Below, in pieces: positions 1 to 12,095 of a stretch of DNA of 64,000 bases (the first letter of the stretch is position 1; each line of letters starts with the position of its first letter). The notes beneath the pieces were generated by a model that made no database searches, was not told the DNA's origin, and worked only from the letters and a program-made list of their open reading frames with translations. The stretch spans positions 1-64,000 of the forward strand of contig NIVC01003616.1 of the NCBI GenBank assembly GCA_002269645.1. Reading direction: 5' to 3'. Position numbers and translations under genes: made by a program. This DNA is from Macrostomum lignano (lineage: Eukaryota).

Positions 1-100
1 GAGTTAAGTGTCTTTCTCAAGGACACAAACTCCTCCTAGTAGGCCCCAACCTTTTGGTTGTAACTTGTAAGTCCGACGCTCTAACAGGCTGAAACCCCTT
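1..100 (-). mobile_element. Probable tRNA-derived SINE fragment (head plus start of conserved core), continuing off the left edge
   Basis: The reverse complement reads GGGGTTTCAGCCTGTTAGAGCGTCGGACTTACAAG...AAAAGGTTGGGG, a degenerate tRNA-like head. It is followed by TTGTGTCCTTGAGAAAGACACTTAAC, which resembles the TGTGTCCTTGGGCAAGACACTTAAC-type central domain of CORE/V/Meta-like SINEs. Pattern recognition only. Confidence 0.45.
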
Positions 101-1216
101 TGACTTGTTCAACTGCTTAAAGTAGTAGAAATAAAAGTATATACGAGTAGAAGTATATTTCACTCCATTTTGCTAGCGATTTCGTTTAAATGTTTGAAAT
201 CGAATCGCGAACAAATTTGTCTATATCTAAATCTATTCATATTTATAAAAAGCCTTGGATTCAATTTCCATGGTAAAATTTGTTGGTTGAAGTTTGTTTA
301 TGCGAAATTATATACTGGTTCAGACATTGCCATAATAGGTCAATTTTTGATGGAGAGGAATAATTATCATCATAACTCTTCCGGTTTTGAGCATGAAATT
401 TCAGTACAACTAAATATAGCTAGTTTTAACCTATCCTCCAACGCCGTCTTAACTAAAAAGGACTTCATTGCGGACGTTATTATCATACAGATTTGTGAAT
501 ATTTGCGCGTAAGATAGACTTTGTGAACGTTATGCTGTTATATTCTTCCTTTTATCAAATTAACTCTTTTCCTGTTCGATTGCGTAGCCAGGAAAGGGCA
601 TGTTGTATGTAGTGTATGTTTCCTTTAGTTAGACTGCCTGTATAAAAGCAATTTAGTTGTGCGGCGTGCTGTGCTGTGTGCTGTGCCTTTGCCCTCTAGC
701 TGCGCAGCCAGTATAAAAAAGACCATATGGCCGTAGGGTTTGGTCAAATGCGTTTCTTAATTTAAGTGGCTTACTTTATAGTTCAGTTTTGAGGGTCGGT
801 CCGCGTCTACGGTCGAGGCATAAATGTACATTCATTGCCCGGCCCCCTCCCTGTGCGTACATTTATCTCAACCGCTCTTTCGGCCCAACCCCCACCCAGT
901 GCGGAATGGAAAGGAACTCTGCGTACATTGGCTCCCCCATGGGGCAGGCTTGTACGTTCCCGCAAAGAGGAAGGGTTTTATGACTATCCAAAAGGCAAGC
1001 CTCAATAGACGAAAGCGACACAGCAGACCCCCGCCTCGCCTCTCCTTTCCCCCTTCAGTCAGTCAGTCGGCCTGAACTGCAATTATCGCGGCTTGTCAGC
1101 TGGGCCTTGTCCGTTCATTTAACTCAAACTTATTTGAACCCATAAAATAGTTTGAGTCTTGAAAATTGCTCTCTAATTGCTGTTAAATACTAGGTAATTA
1201 AATGTAAAATCGGACT

Positions 1217-4200
1217 ATGACCAAGCTTGACGTCTTCGAATTCAAATTAGAGAATCCCGGCCGGCCTATTCTAACTGGCGGCGTTGTACGCGGCGAATTG
1301 CTGCTTCGATTAAAGAAAGACGTCGACATAGCCAGAATAATGGTGCACCTGTTTGGCGGCGGTCAAGTTTGAATTCCAAGACGGCCAGGGCGCGACGGGT
1401 TCTAGGTCAACTACTGTGTGCGAAGATAACGAGACCTATATTCGATTGGCGCAGATTGTCTACGCCAAGGTTAGTAATGATTATTATAGTAATAATAATT
1501 AAATATCCTTAAGGAACAGGCAGTTCTTACTTCTTAGCTTCAATCAATTTTCTGGCTCTAATGCTGGTACAGGAGTGTAGTATTGACTAGAATGGTTTGT
1601 CTGGAATCTGGATATATCGTGTAGCTGAACTAAACCAATGCCCCATCTGCCTCTGGGTACTTTGTTTCATAGCGGCATAGCTTAGCTTATGTCGTGTCGC
1701 AACCAGCTTTCACTTTGGGATCCTGAGTGAATTTGAAGTTTGAACCCTTGTCGCTTGATGGCTAGTTGATGCCTATTTGGTACCCGTACCTGGTTCTTTC
1801 CCAGCTCGATGCCATTTAATTTAAGTTCCGCATTTTTGTAATTCTTATTTTATTTCTGTTACTCAATCCCGGCTTTAGTTTAGGGATCTCCTTAACTTCC
1901 CTAATCCCTTCAGGTATGATTGAAGGAAAGCTTAGGAAAGATTAGTTAAAGAGATGATTGAAGGATTAGTGAAGTTAAGGTATTATTGAAGGGATTAAGG
2001 AAATTAAGGTGATTGATGGATTAGGGAAGTTAAGTAGCTGCCTGAGGGGATTATGTAAGTTAAGTAGCTGCCTGAGGGGATTAGAGAAGTTAAATAGCTG
2101 CCTGAGGGGATTAGGGAAGTTAAGTAGCTGCCTGAGGGGATTAGGGAAGTTAAGTAGCTGCCTGAAGGGGATTAGGGAAGTTAAGTAGCTGCCTGAGGGG
2201 ATTAGGGAAGTTAAGTAGCTGCCTGAAGGGGATTAGGGAAGTTAAGTAGCTGCCTGAGGGGATTAAGGAAGTTAAGTAGCTGCCTGAGGGGATTAGGGAA
2301 GTTAAGTAGCTGCCTGAGGGGATTAAGGAAGTTAAGTAGCTGCCTGAGGGGATTAGGGAAGTTAATGAAATGCCTGAGGGGATTAGGGAAGTTAAGTAGC
2401 TGCCTGAGGGGATTAGGGAAGTTAAGTAGCTGCCTGAGGGGATTAGGGAAGTTAAGTAGCTGCCTGAAGGGGATTAGGGAAGTTAAGTAGCTGCCTGAGG
2501 GGATTAAGGAAGTTAAGTAGCTGCCTGAGGGGATTAGGGAAGTTAAGTAGCTGCCTGAGGGGATTAAGGAAGTTAAGTAGCTGCCTGAGGGGATTAGGGA
2601 AGTTAAGTAGCTGCCTGAGGGGATTAGGAAGTTAAGTAGCTGCCTGAGGGGATTAAGGAAGTTAAGTAGCTGCCTGAGGGGATTAGGGAAGTTAAGAAGA
2701 TGTTTGAGGGGATTAGGGAAGTTAATGAAATGCCTGAGGGGATTAGGGAAGTTAAGTAGCTGCCTGAGGGATTAAGGAAGTTAAGTAGCTGCCTGAGGGG
2801 ATTAGGGAAGTTAAGTAGCTGCCTGAGGGATTAGGGAATTTAAGTAGCTGCCTGAGGGGATTAGGGAAGTTAAGTAGCTGCCTGAGGGATTAAGGAAGTT
2901 AAGTAGCTGCCTGAGGGGATTAGGGAAGTTAAGTAGCTGCCTGAGGGATTAGGGAAGTTAAGTAGCTGCCTGAGGGGATTAAGGAAGTTAAGTAGCTGCC
3001 TGAGGGGATTAAGGAAGTTAAGTAGCTGCCTGAGGGATTAGGGAAGTTAAGAAGATGTTGAGGGGATTAGGGAAGTTAATGAAATGCCTGAGGGGATTAG
3101 GGAAGTTAAGTAGCTGCCTGAGGGGATTAAGGAAGTTAAGTAGCTGCCTGAGGGGATTAGGGAAGTTAAGTAGCTGCCTGAGGGGATTAGGAAGTTAAGT
3201 AGCTGCCTGAGGGATTAGGGAAGTTAAGTAGCTGCCTGAGGGGATTAAGGAAGTTAAGTAGCTGCCTGAGGGATTAGGGAAGTTAAGTAGCTGCCTGAGG
3301 GGATTAGGGAAGTTAAGTAGCTGCCTGAGGGGATTAAGGAAGTTAAGTAGCTGCCTGAGGGGATTAGGGAAGTTAAGTAGCTGCCTGAGGGGATTAGGGA
3401 AGTTAAGTAGCTGCCTGAAGGGGATTAGGGAAGTTAAGTAGCTGCCTGAGGGGATTAAGGAAGTTAAGTAGCTGCCTGAGGGGATTAGGGAAGTTAAGTA
3501 GCTGCCTGAGGGGATTAGGGAAGTTAAGTAGCTGCCTGAGGGGATTAAGGAAGTTAAGTAGCTGCCTGAGGGGATTAGGGAAGTTAAGTAGCTGCCTGAG
3601 GGGATTAGGGAAGTTAAGTAGCTGCCTGAGAGGATTAGGGAAGTTAAGTAGCTGCCTGAGGGGATTAGGGAAGTTAAGTAGCTGCCTGAGAGGATTAGGG
3701 AAGTTAAGTAGCTGCCTGAGGGGATTAGGGAAGTTAAGTAGCTGCCTGAGAGGATTAGGGAAGTTAAGTAGCTGCCTGAGGGGATTAAGGAAGTTAAGAA
3801 GATGTTTGAGGGGATTAGGGAAGTTAATGAAATGCCTGAAGGGATTAGGAATTCGTGAGGCAACCTACCTAACTGCCAACCCAAACCCAACCCGCCACCT
3901 GCAGTCGAACCCGTCAGCCAAAAAAATTTCTCGCAACGAACTCTACAAGTGCCCGTTCGAATTTCACCTGCCAGCTGATCTGCCCAGCTCGTTCATGACC
4001 GTGGTGTACTACAAGCTGACCGCCTTCCTAGACTGCGGCGGAAAAAGTCACGAGGTCACCTTACCGCTGGTTGTTATTAACGATCTAGATCTTAATAAGT
4101 ACTCTGGAAGGTTACACCTGGCCGAACCAATCGATGCCTGGTCGCCAAGTCGCTCCAAATTGGACACCGGCCTAGTAACCGCTCGATTAGTTGCCACTAA

Positions 4201-6146
4201 GAGAGGCTACGGTTTCGGGAGACTATTGTCTTGCAAATCGAAATTTATAACAACTCCAAGGCTAAATTGGAGAATTTGAACGCCTGTCTGGTGCAGAAGG
4301 GCATTCTGAAAGTAAGTTTACTCAAAAAAACATTTTTTGTAACATAATTTAACAAAATTGAGCATTCCCCAGAAGATTGTCTTGTCAGAAGATAGTCCTT
4401 GAAGAAGAAGATTGCCTGCCTGATAGTCCCTGAAGAAGATTGTCGTCCTGATGAAGAAGATTGCCTGATGTCCCTAAAAAAAGAAGATTGTTTTCCTTAT
4501 AGTCCTTAAAGAAAATTGTCTTCCCGATAGTCCCTAAAAAAAGAAGATTGGTTTCCTTATAGTCCTTAAAGAAAATTGTCTTCCCGATAGTCCCTTAAGA
4601 AGAAGATTGTCTGCCTGATAGTCCCTGAAGAAGAAGATTGTCTGCCTGATAGTCCCTGAAGAAGAAGATTGTCTGCCTGATAGTCCCTGAAGAAGAAGAT
4701 TGTCTGCCTGATAGTCCCTGAAGAAGAAGATTGTCTGCCTGATAGTCCCTGATGAATAAATTATGAATATTGTTTTCATTCCTAGTCAAGAGTATTAAAA
4801 AAAGACACGATTGTCTTCTAGTCTTTCCCTGGTCGCGCAGCTTCTATCATTGGATCCCTTTCGCTTCTTCCCCAGGCATACAGCAACAGCGGCGCCCAGT
4901 TCCGTCGAGTGCAGCGGCTGCTGGTGAAACACGTGAGCCTGGGCAAACTGCGCCAGGGTGAACGACTCACGCCTGAGGATATTCGAATCCAGGTGCCCTG
5001 GGTTGTCACCAGCGATATGGACAAGTTTACTAAGCTGATCGAGATCGAATACTATGTTCAGGTGGGTAAACTTTTGGAATGGGGTATGGGGGAATTGCGG
5101 CACCCACTGAACCATGAGATTGATGGGGAATTGCGGCACACACTGAACCATGAGATTGATGGGGAATTGCAGCTCCCAGTGAACCATGAGATTGATGGGG
5201 AATTGCGGCACCCACTGAACCATGAGATTGATGGGGAATTGCGGCACACACTGAACCATGAGATTGATGGGGAATTGCGGCTCCCAGTGAACCATGAGAT
5301 TGATGGGGAATTGCAGCTCCCACTGAACCATGAGATTGATGGGGAATTGCGGCACCCACTGAACCATGAGATTGATGGGGAATTGCGGCACCCACTGAAC
5401 CATGAGATTGATGGGGAATTGCAGCTCCCAGTGAACCATTAGATTGATGGGGAATTGCGGCACTCACTGAACCATGAGATTGAAGGGGAATTGTTGCTCC
5501 CAGTGAACCATGAGATTGATGGGGAATTGCGGCACCCACCGAACCATGAGATTGATGGGGAATTGCGGCACTCACTGAACAATGAGATTGATGGTGAATT
5601 GCGGCACACACTGAACCATGAGATTGAAGGGGAATTGTTGCTCCCAGTGAACCATGAGATTGATAGGGAATTGCGGCACACGAGATTGATGGGGAATTGC
5701 GGCTCCCAGTAATTCTCACCTAAACGGGGAATCGCTCCGCCTCCCCCTCGCAGATCACCAGCAGCACGCAGATGCTGTCGGCAGTCACCGGCCAGCCGCT
5801 ATCGCAGGTGGTTTGCATCGGACCAGACTACCGGAAGTCCGAGTTAGTCAGCGTACTGTTAGAGGAACAAATCGCTATCGGAGTTCGAGCGCTCCGGGAG
5901 CCTAACGGAGTTGGCGCTGTCGGCTTGCAGACGCAACAGTCGCAGCAGACGAGCTCGTCTCTCTACCCAAGCTTGTCTACTACACCGTCGGCTCCACCGC
6001 CTGACAGCTCGGATTTGGCGATGTTCACCATGGTGCCGACGGCGCCGCCTAGCTACGACGAGGCGCTGACGCATCAGAAAGCGCCGATTGAAGAGGCCGC
6101 CGGAGCTAGCAGCAGCGGGAACGGCGGTGATGTGGCTGAAGATTGA
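1217..6146 (+). CDS. Alpha-arrestin (ARRDC/TXNIP family), ~412 aa if corrected; two 1-bp frameshifts as given (pseudogene or assembly error)
   Basis: Exons 1217-1469, 3905-4311, 4876-5061 and 5754-6146, all joined by phase-0 GT-AG introns. Motifs: V.GE..LRL, CPFEFHLPADLPSSF, KRGYGFGETIVLQIEIYNNS (after correction), IEIEYYVQ, and a C-terminal PPSY (PY motif). There is an extra T at 1368-1370 and a missing G at 4217-4219. Confidence 0.85.
1960..3850. repeat. 30-bp minisatellite GAGGGGATTAGGGAAGTTAAGTAGCTGCCT filling arrestin intron 1
   Basis: About 60 near-identical tandem units with 29-31 bp variants; degenerate at the 5' edge. Confidence 0.97.
4370..4752. repeat. ~31-bp minisatellite GAAGAAGAAGATTGTCTGCCTGATAGTCCCT, arrestin intron 2
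   Basis: Tandem units directly visible. Confidence 0.93.
5085..5710. repeat. 36-bp minisatellite GATGGGGAATTGCGGCACCCACTGAACCATGAGATT, arrestin intron 3
   Basis: About 17 tandem units with no unique spacers. Confidence 0.96.
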
Positions 6147-7770
6147 TTGCTTGATTAATTTTTTATTAAACTATTGATGCGTTAACTGAATTATCAGTTG
6201 ATTAACTGATGTGTTGATTGACTTATATGTTGATTAATTTATCAGTTGATTGATTGATGAGTTGATTGATTGATGAGTTGATTGATTGATGAGTTGATTG
6301 ATTGATGAGTTGATTGATTGATGAGTTGATTGATTGGTGAGTTGATTGATTGATGAGTTTATTGATTGATGAGTTGATTGATTGATGAGTTGATTGATTG
6401 ATGAGTTGATTGATTGATGAGTTGATTGATTGATGAGTTGATTGATTGATGAGTTGATTGATTGGTGAGTTGATTGATTGATGAGTTTATTGATTGATGA
6501 GTTGATTGATTGATGAGTTGATTGATTGATGAGTTGATTGATTGATGAGTTGATTGATTGATGAGTTGATTGATTGATCAGTTGATTGATTGATCAGTTG
6601 ATTGATTGATCAGTTGATTGATTGATCAGTTGATTGATTGATCAGTTGATTGATTGATGAGTTGATTGATTGATCAGTTGATTGATTGATGAGTTGATTG
6701 ATTGATGAGTTGATTAATTAATCAGCTGATTGATTGATGAGTTGATTGATTGATCAGTTGATTGATTGATCAGTTGATTGATTGATGAGTTAATTGATTG
6801 ATCAGTTGATTGATCGATCAGTTGATTGATTGATCAGTTGATTGATTGATGAGTTGATTGATTGATCAGTTGATTGATTGATCAGTTGATTGATTGATCA
6901 GTTGATTGATTGATCAGTTGATTGATTGATCAGTTGATTGATTGATGAGTTGACTGATTGATCAGTTGATTGATTGATCAGTTGATTGATTGATGAGTTA
7001 ATTGATTGATCAGTTGATTGATCGATCAGTTGATTGATTGATGAGTTGATTGATTGATGAGTTGATTGATTGATCAGTTGATTGATTGATCAGTTGATTG
7101 ATTGATCAGTTGATTGATTGATCAGTTGATTGATTGATCAGTTGATTGATTGATGAGTTGATTGATTGATGAGTTGATTGATTGATCAGTTGATTAATTA
7201 ATCAGCTGATTGATTGATGAGTTGACTGATTGATCAGTTGATTGATTGATGAGTTGATTGATTGATGAGTTGATTGATTGATGAGTTGATTGATTGATCA
7301 GTTGATTGATTGATGAGTTGATTGAATGATGAGTTGATTGATTGATGAGTTGATTGATTGATGAGTTTATTGATTGATCAGTTGATTAATTAATCAGCTG
7401 ATTGATTGATGAGTTGACTGATTGATCAGTTGATTGATTGATCAGTTGATTGATTGATGAGTTGATTGATTGATCAGTTGATTGATTGATCAGTTGATTG
7501 ATTGATGAGTTGATTGATTGATCAGTTGATTGATTGATGAGTTGATTGATTAATGAGTTGACTGATTGATCAGTTAATTGATCGATCAGTTGATTGATTG
7601 ATGTGTTGATTGATTGAGGGTTTGATTGATTGATGAGTTGACTGATTGATGTGTTGATTGATCGATCAGTTGATTGATTGATTGATGTGTTGATTGATTG
7701 ATGTGTTGATTGATTTTTGAGTTGATTGATTGATGTGTTGATTGATGGATATGCTGATTGATTGATTTTT
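6140..7770. repeat. (GATT)-derived 15-bp repeat TTGATTGATTGATGAG/CAG directly downstream of the arrestin stop
   Basis: About 1.6 kb array; GAG variant dominant on the left, CAG variant in the middle. Confidence 0.96.
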
Positions 7771-8561
7771 CTTAAAATATTGATATTTTGAATGAGTGCT
7801 CTTTTGATTAATTCGGTCGTGGATAAACTGAATTGATTTTCTAATGTTTAATAATTCGTTCTTGGATATAAATAACTCAATGAAGTTTTTATGAAAGAAG
7901 TTATCTATCAGTTATTAATTCATGTTACATTGGTTGATTGATTGATTTGTTTGATAAATTGATTGATGATAAAACCAAACCGGTCAAGTGATTTTGCTTT
8001 TCCCCGCTTACTGCTTGCGTCTACTAATCGCTGATAATTTAAAATGTACTTTTAGCGAGTAAACTTCTGGAGAAACTATTACACAGATGCCTCGTCAGCT
8101 AATTAGTTACGCCTGAATAGCCGTAATTCTTGGGAATTTGTCTAAAAATCTGTAGTTGATTTAACCTGACTTTATATCTCTGCAGATCTTCCAGCTTGTA
8201 TTGCAAAGCTGTCTTTACAAGCGATCTATAAATTTAAAGTTGTCAATTTATTCTGCGCTAAAATTGCTTCTATAGTGGATTTTTAATAGTAGCAATTTCG
8301 AAAATCGTATGCCTCGCTTCTACATAAATTTTATCCTTTAAAATCTGTTCTGGCCGTCTCTGTCGATTGGTAAATGTCAGAATAGATAAATTGTGCCATG
8401 CCCTGTAAGTAATACTATGCTACTGTAAGTAGCGCTGGTATATTACCAATCGGGTAATTCTTTGTCTCATTCAACTTTTTAATTGATATTAGTATTTTTT
8501 GTTGTAGTTATTTAATTTTCGTTCTTTTGTACCTACTATGTGGCGCAAATTATGCTTAATA

Positions 8562-9035
8562 TTTTTGGTGTCAGATGGCGCCAGACTAGTGTCAACAATT
8601 TGTGTCAGATGGCGCTAGATTAGTGTCAACTATTTGTGTCAGATGGCGCCAGATTAGTGTCAACTATTTGTGTCGATGGTGCCTGATTAGCGTCAACTAT
8701 TTTTGTGTCAGATGGCGCCTGATTAGTGTCAACTATTTGTGTCAGATGGCGCTAAGTTAGTGTCAACTATTTGTGTCAGATGGCGCTAAGTTAGTGGCAA
8801 CTATTTGTGTCAGATGGCGCTAAGTTAGTGTCAACTATTTGTGTCAGATGGCGCTAAGTTAGTGGCAACTATTTGTGTCAGATGGCGCTAAGTTAGTGGC
8901 AACTATTTGTGTCAGATGGCGCTAAGTTAGTGGCAACTATTTGTGTCAGATGGCGCTAAGTTAGTGGCAACTATTTGTGTCAGATGGCGCTAAGTTAGTG
9001 TCAACTATTTGTGTCAGATGGCGCAAAATTAGTGT
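8562..9035. repeat. 34-bp minisatellite TTTGTGTCAGATGGCGCTAAGTTAGTGTCAACTA (14 units)
   Basis: 14 GATGG cores counted at 34-bp spacing. Confidence 0.95.
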
Positions 9036-10527
9036 CAGTGAGCTTTAGGCAAGGTGGTGTCATATATCTGCAGTGTACTACGGGTTTCAATGCTTGTAAT
9101 GAATTAAATGTTAAATTGAACTGCAGTTCATGAATATTTTATTCGCTTTCAATGCTAAACTGACATACGCGATGCCCGCTACGCATACGTAAGTAGTATA
9201 TACTGCAAGTGCTTGGTTTTTTCATTTCGGTTTTTTTAACGCGTTCGTTAAACTTGGGTTTCTAATTGTCCATTATTTAACTATGAATATGAATTATGAT
9301 TGCACCTTCGAATTTGCAATTTGGATTTTTATTATTTTTGCGTAATTACACACCTGTACGAATGCGGCTTGAAAGCGATGCTATTTTGTACTACTATAAC
9401 TATTACTAAAGTACTGGTGTACTTTTGGAAGAGTTCAAATAAAAAGCTTCACCTTGCTGAGCGCAATCTTATTTAGCTATTTAATATGCATGTAAATTTG
9501 TAGCTTCAAATTATAAGTACAACGATAAGTTTTCATTACATCGTGTGCGCGTATTCCTTTTTCATGAATTTGGAAGTTGGGCCATAGAGGTTAATCTTAC
9601 AGTTCAAGGGCTTTGGTTTAGCATTAGTTAGCCGTAAGCTGCATGTATGCTACTTCAATGGGTCGTCTTTTATCAACTTGTCTGCAAGTTCTAATTGCTA
9701 ATTGCTTTTAGGCAAAGTTATTTAATTTTATTAATGCGAGTAAAAGACGTTTCATTTTTGCTTTTATACATGGCCTCTATATAAACGGATGTCTTCTATT
9801 TTCTTACTAGACTTCGTACGATTACAAAATTAATGGTATATTTACCGCCAGAGTGGCAAAGGCCAGCCTTTTGGAACATGAAAATAATGTGCCGAAGCGA
9901 GAGTGCAATACGAAATATTTAGTTAGTTGTATATGGATGGGACGCATTTATTTCAAAGAAAAAAACAATTCGTGTTTAGCAAATTGCCGCGAGAACCTTT
10001 AGGTTAAGTCCCAGCAATTGCTTGGAGAAAAAATGCAGCAAACGATTATCGAGTGTTTTGAGTACAGTTTTGGGCAGATGAATATATACCGCTAGAAATA
10101 AGCGCGGCTCCGGACAGTGGTAATGTTACATGCAAATATACGCAAGACCGTCTTTCTGTGCGAATGCGTCGCGAAATAAAAATTTTTTGCTGCTACCGGA
10201 AGGTCAAATAAGTTGCCTGCCGAGGATTATTACCTGCGAGTTGGGCTAAGAATTTACTCGTCGATATTAAAAAATTGGGGAAAATGCACGAGCAAGGTCG
10301 GGGTTCAATGAACATTATTAGGCTATTGCATACAAGCAATGCCATTGGGGTGGGCAAATATCGGAGACGCGGATGGGAAGTCAAACTGGGCGGTTATAGA
10401 AAGTTTGTAGTCGGAGAGCGGCGAGCTGGTCAACCATTGCGCATGCAATACTTCCATTTAAGTCTGCAGTCACCGGGTGTTTGAGAGTCGGCTTTCGAGT
10501 TGACCGGGGGGAGAGTGCCGCAGTTGC

Positions 10528-10938
10528 TTAGCAGCCTGGGTACATTGATTGCATCTGGGCGCACTGGCGTTGTCGCGACTGGCACATCATGGCGATCATC
10601 TGGTCGTCCTTGCGGTCCATCAGCTCCGCGCAGCGCTGCTTCCAGCACCTGGCCTGTTCGCGCCAGCGGCAAGCCTCGATCTTCCATTGCCTGGTGGACT
10701 CTCGACAGCGCATCGCCTCCGCCCGCCATTTGGCCAGCGCGTCGCGGGTTTTGCAGTATTCGCACTTCATTATGTTGGCCTGCTGGCGCCAATGGAAAGC
10801 TGTGCGAGTCATTTCGCAGAGCTGCTTCTGCAGTTTGACGGCCTCGGCGCGCCACTTTTCCCGGCTCCGCTTCCACCGGTGGATGCAGTCCTTCCAATTC
10901 GCGTCGCACCAATTGGGCGCGCAGCCATTGATGTTCAT
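10528..10938 (-). CDS. Orphan 136-aa Trp-heptad, Cys-rich predicted coiled-coil protein
   Basis: GC-rich ATG-TAA ORF. Trp or another hydrophobic residue recurs every 7 residues (W15, 22, 29, 50, 71, 85, 92, 99). A plausible 5'UTR intron spans 11156-10982 (CCA|GTAAGC ... CTTTTAG), with TATA-like GATAAAAG at 11288-11281. No recognised homologue. Confidence 0.65.
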   Translation of the reverse strand: MNINGCAPNWCDANWKDCIHRWKRSREKWRAEAVKLQKQLCEMTRTAFHWRQQANIMKCEYCKTRDALAKWRAEAMRCRESTRQWKIEACRWREQARCWKQRCAELMDRKDDQMIAMMCQSRQRQCAQMQSMYPGC

Positions 10939-11280
10939 TACTTCTTTGACGAACTCGCAGTCAAACTCGCATTAACGGTCGCTAAAAGCTGTTTAGCAGA
11001 TCTTTTTTGCTCCCCTGGAATGAGCGAGCTGTTGCCGATCGATGGGTTGGGTAAAAGTCGTTGCTGCGCTGCGAGCGGGCCGCTTTAGCCCGCTCCCTAG
11101 ACTGAGCCTCGGGGTTTCAGCCATAGACATGTTTTTAGCGTGCAGTCCTGGCTTACTGGTTGGGGCGAAGATCGAAGCCGAATACGCTATGGGTGTCAGT
11201 CCCGATCGTCTCAGATAGCAAGCTTTAAAGCAACTCTAAGAATTTGGCAGCGAACGGCTGTCTGGTAACTTTCGTTTGTA

Positions 11281-11309
11281 CTTTTATCAAAATACTCTGA
11301 TGGGGCGGG
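11281..11309 (-). promoter_or_regulatory. Candidate core promoter of the Trp-heptad gene (TATA-like GATAAAAG plus GC box)
   Basis: GATAAAAG at 11288-11281 on the minus strand and GGGGCGGG at 11302-11309, upstream of an ATG-free putative 5'UTR exon ending at donor 11156. Confidence 0.3.
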
Positions 11310-11499
11310 ACATCACCACTGCGTTTATGTTAGCTGACAGACTGTCTGATGTGACTCAGACTTTTTATTGATATTTGAGGCCGGATTAATTCATGTACAG
11401 TGCGTTTTGGATTTATAATAATTTCTGCCTATAAATCTCGTTATTAATTCTAGGAAATATATATAAATATTCTTTCTACACGTCTGTCTCTGAATTCTA

Positions 11500-12095
11500 T
11501 AGACTGTGATGGTCTGTGATTGACTGTGATGGACTGTGACGATGGACTGTGATGGACTGTGATAGACTGTGACGACGGACTGTGATAGACTGTGATGGAT
11601 TGTGATGGACTGTGATGGATTGTGATAGACTGTGATGGATTGTGATAGACTGTGGTAGACTGTGATAGACTGTGATGGACTGTGATGGACTGTGATGGAC
11701 TTTGATGGACTGTGATGGACTGTGATAGACTGTGATGGACTGTGGTAGACTGTGACGGACTGTGATGGACTGTGTTGGACTGTGATAGACTGTGATGGAC
11801 TGTGATGGACTGTGATGGACTGCGGTAGATTGTGACGGACTGTGATGGACTGTATTAATAGTCTGTGACGAACTGGTGATGGACTGGAGATGGACTGTGA
11901 TGGACTGTGATAGACTGTGATGGACTGTGGTAGACTGTGACGGACTGTGATGGACTGTGTTGGACTGTGATAGACTGTGATGGACTGTGATGGACTGTGA
12001 TGGACTGCGGTAGATTGTGACGGACTGTGATGGACTGTGATATACTGTGATGCACTGTGACGAACTGGTGATGGACTGATGGTGGATTGTGATGG
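11500..12095. repeat. 10-bp repeat (GACTGTGATG/A)n
   Basis: About 60 units; source of the His/Ser/Gln pseudo-ORFs. Confidence 0.95.

Noticed and set aside
170-1075. Short ORFs upstream of arrestin
   Set aside because: No recognisable domains; low-complexity or UTR-like sequence.
1370-1372. TGA recoded as Trp or Sec in arrestin exon 1
   Set aside because: Read-through meets TAG 11 codons later, and the homologous sequence continues in another frame, so it is a frameshift.
3195-5719. Repeat-translated ORFs in arrestin introns (SLIPSGSY, NHEIDGEL, IPHQSHGS)
   Set aside because: They coincide with minisatellites inside introns defined by consistent splice sites.
5085-9035. CRISPR-like appearance of the 36-bp and 34-bp arrays
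   Set aside because: Head-to-tail units without unique spacers, no cas genes, and a eukaryotic context.
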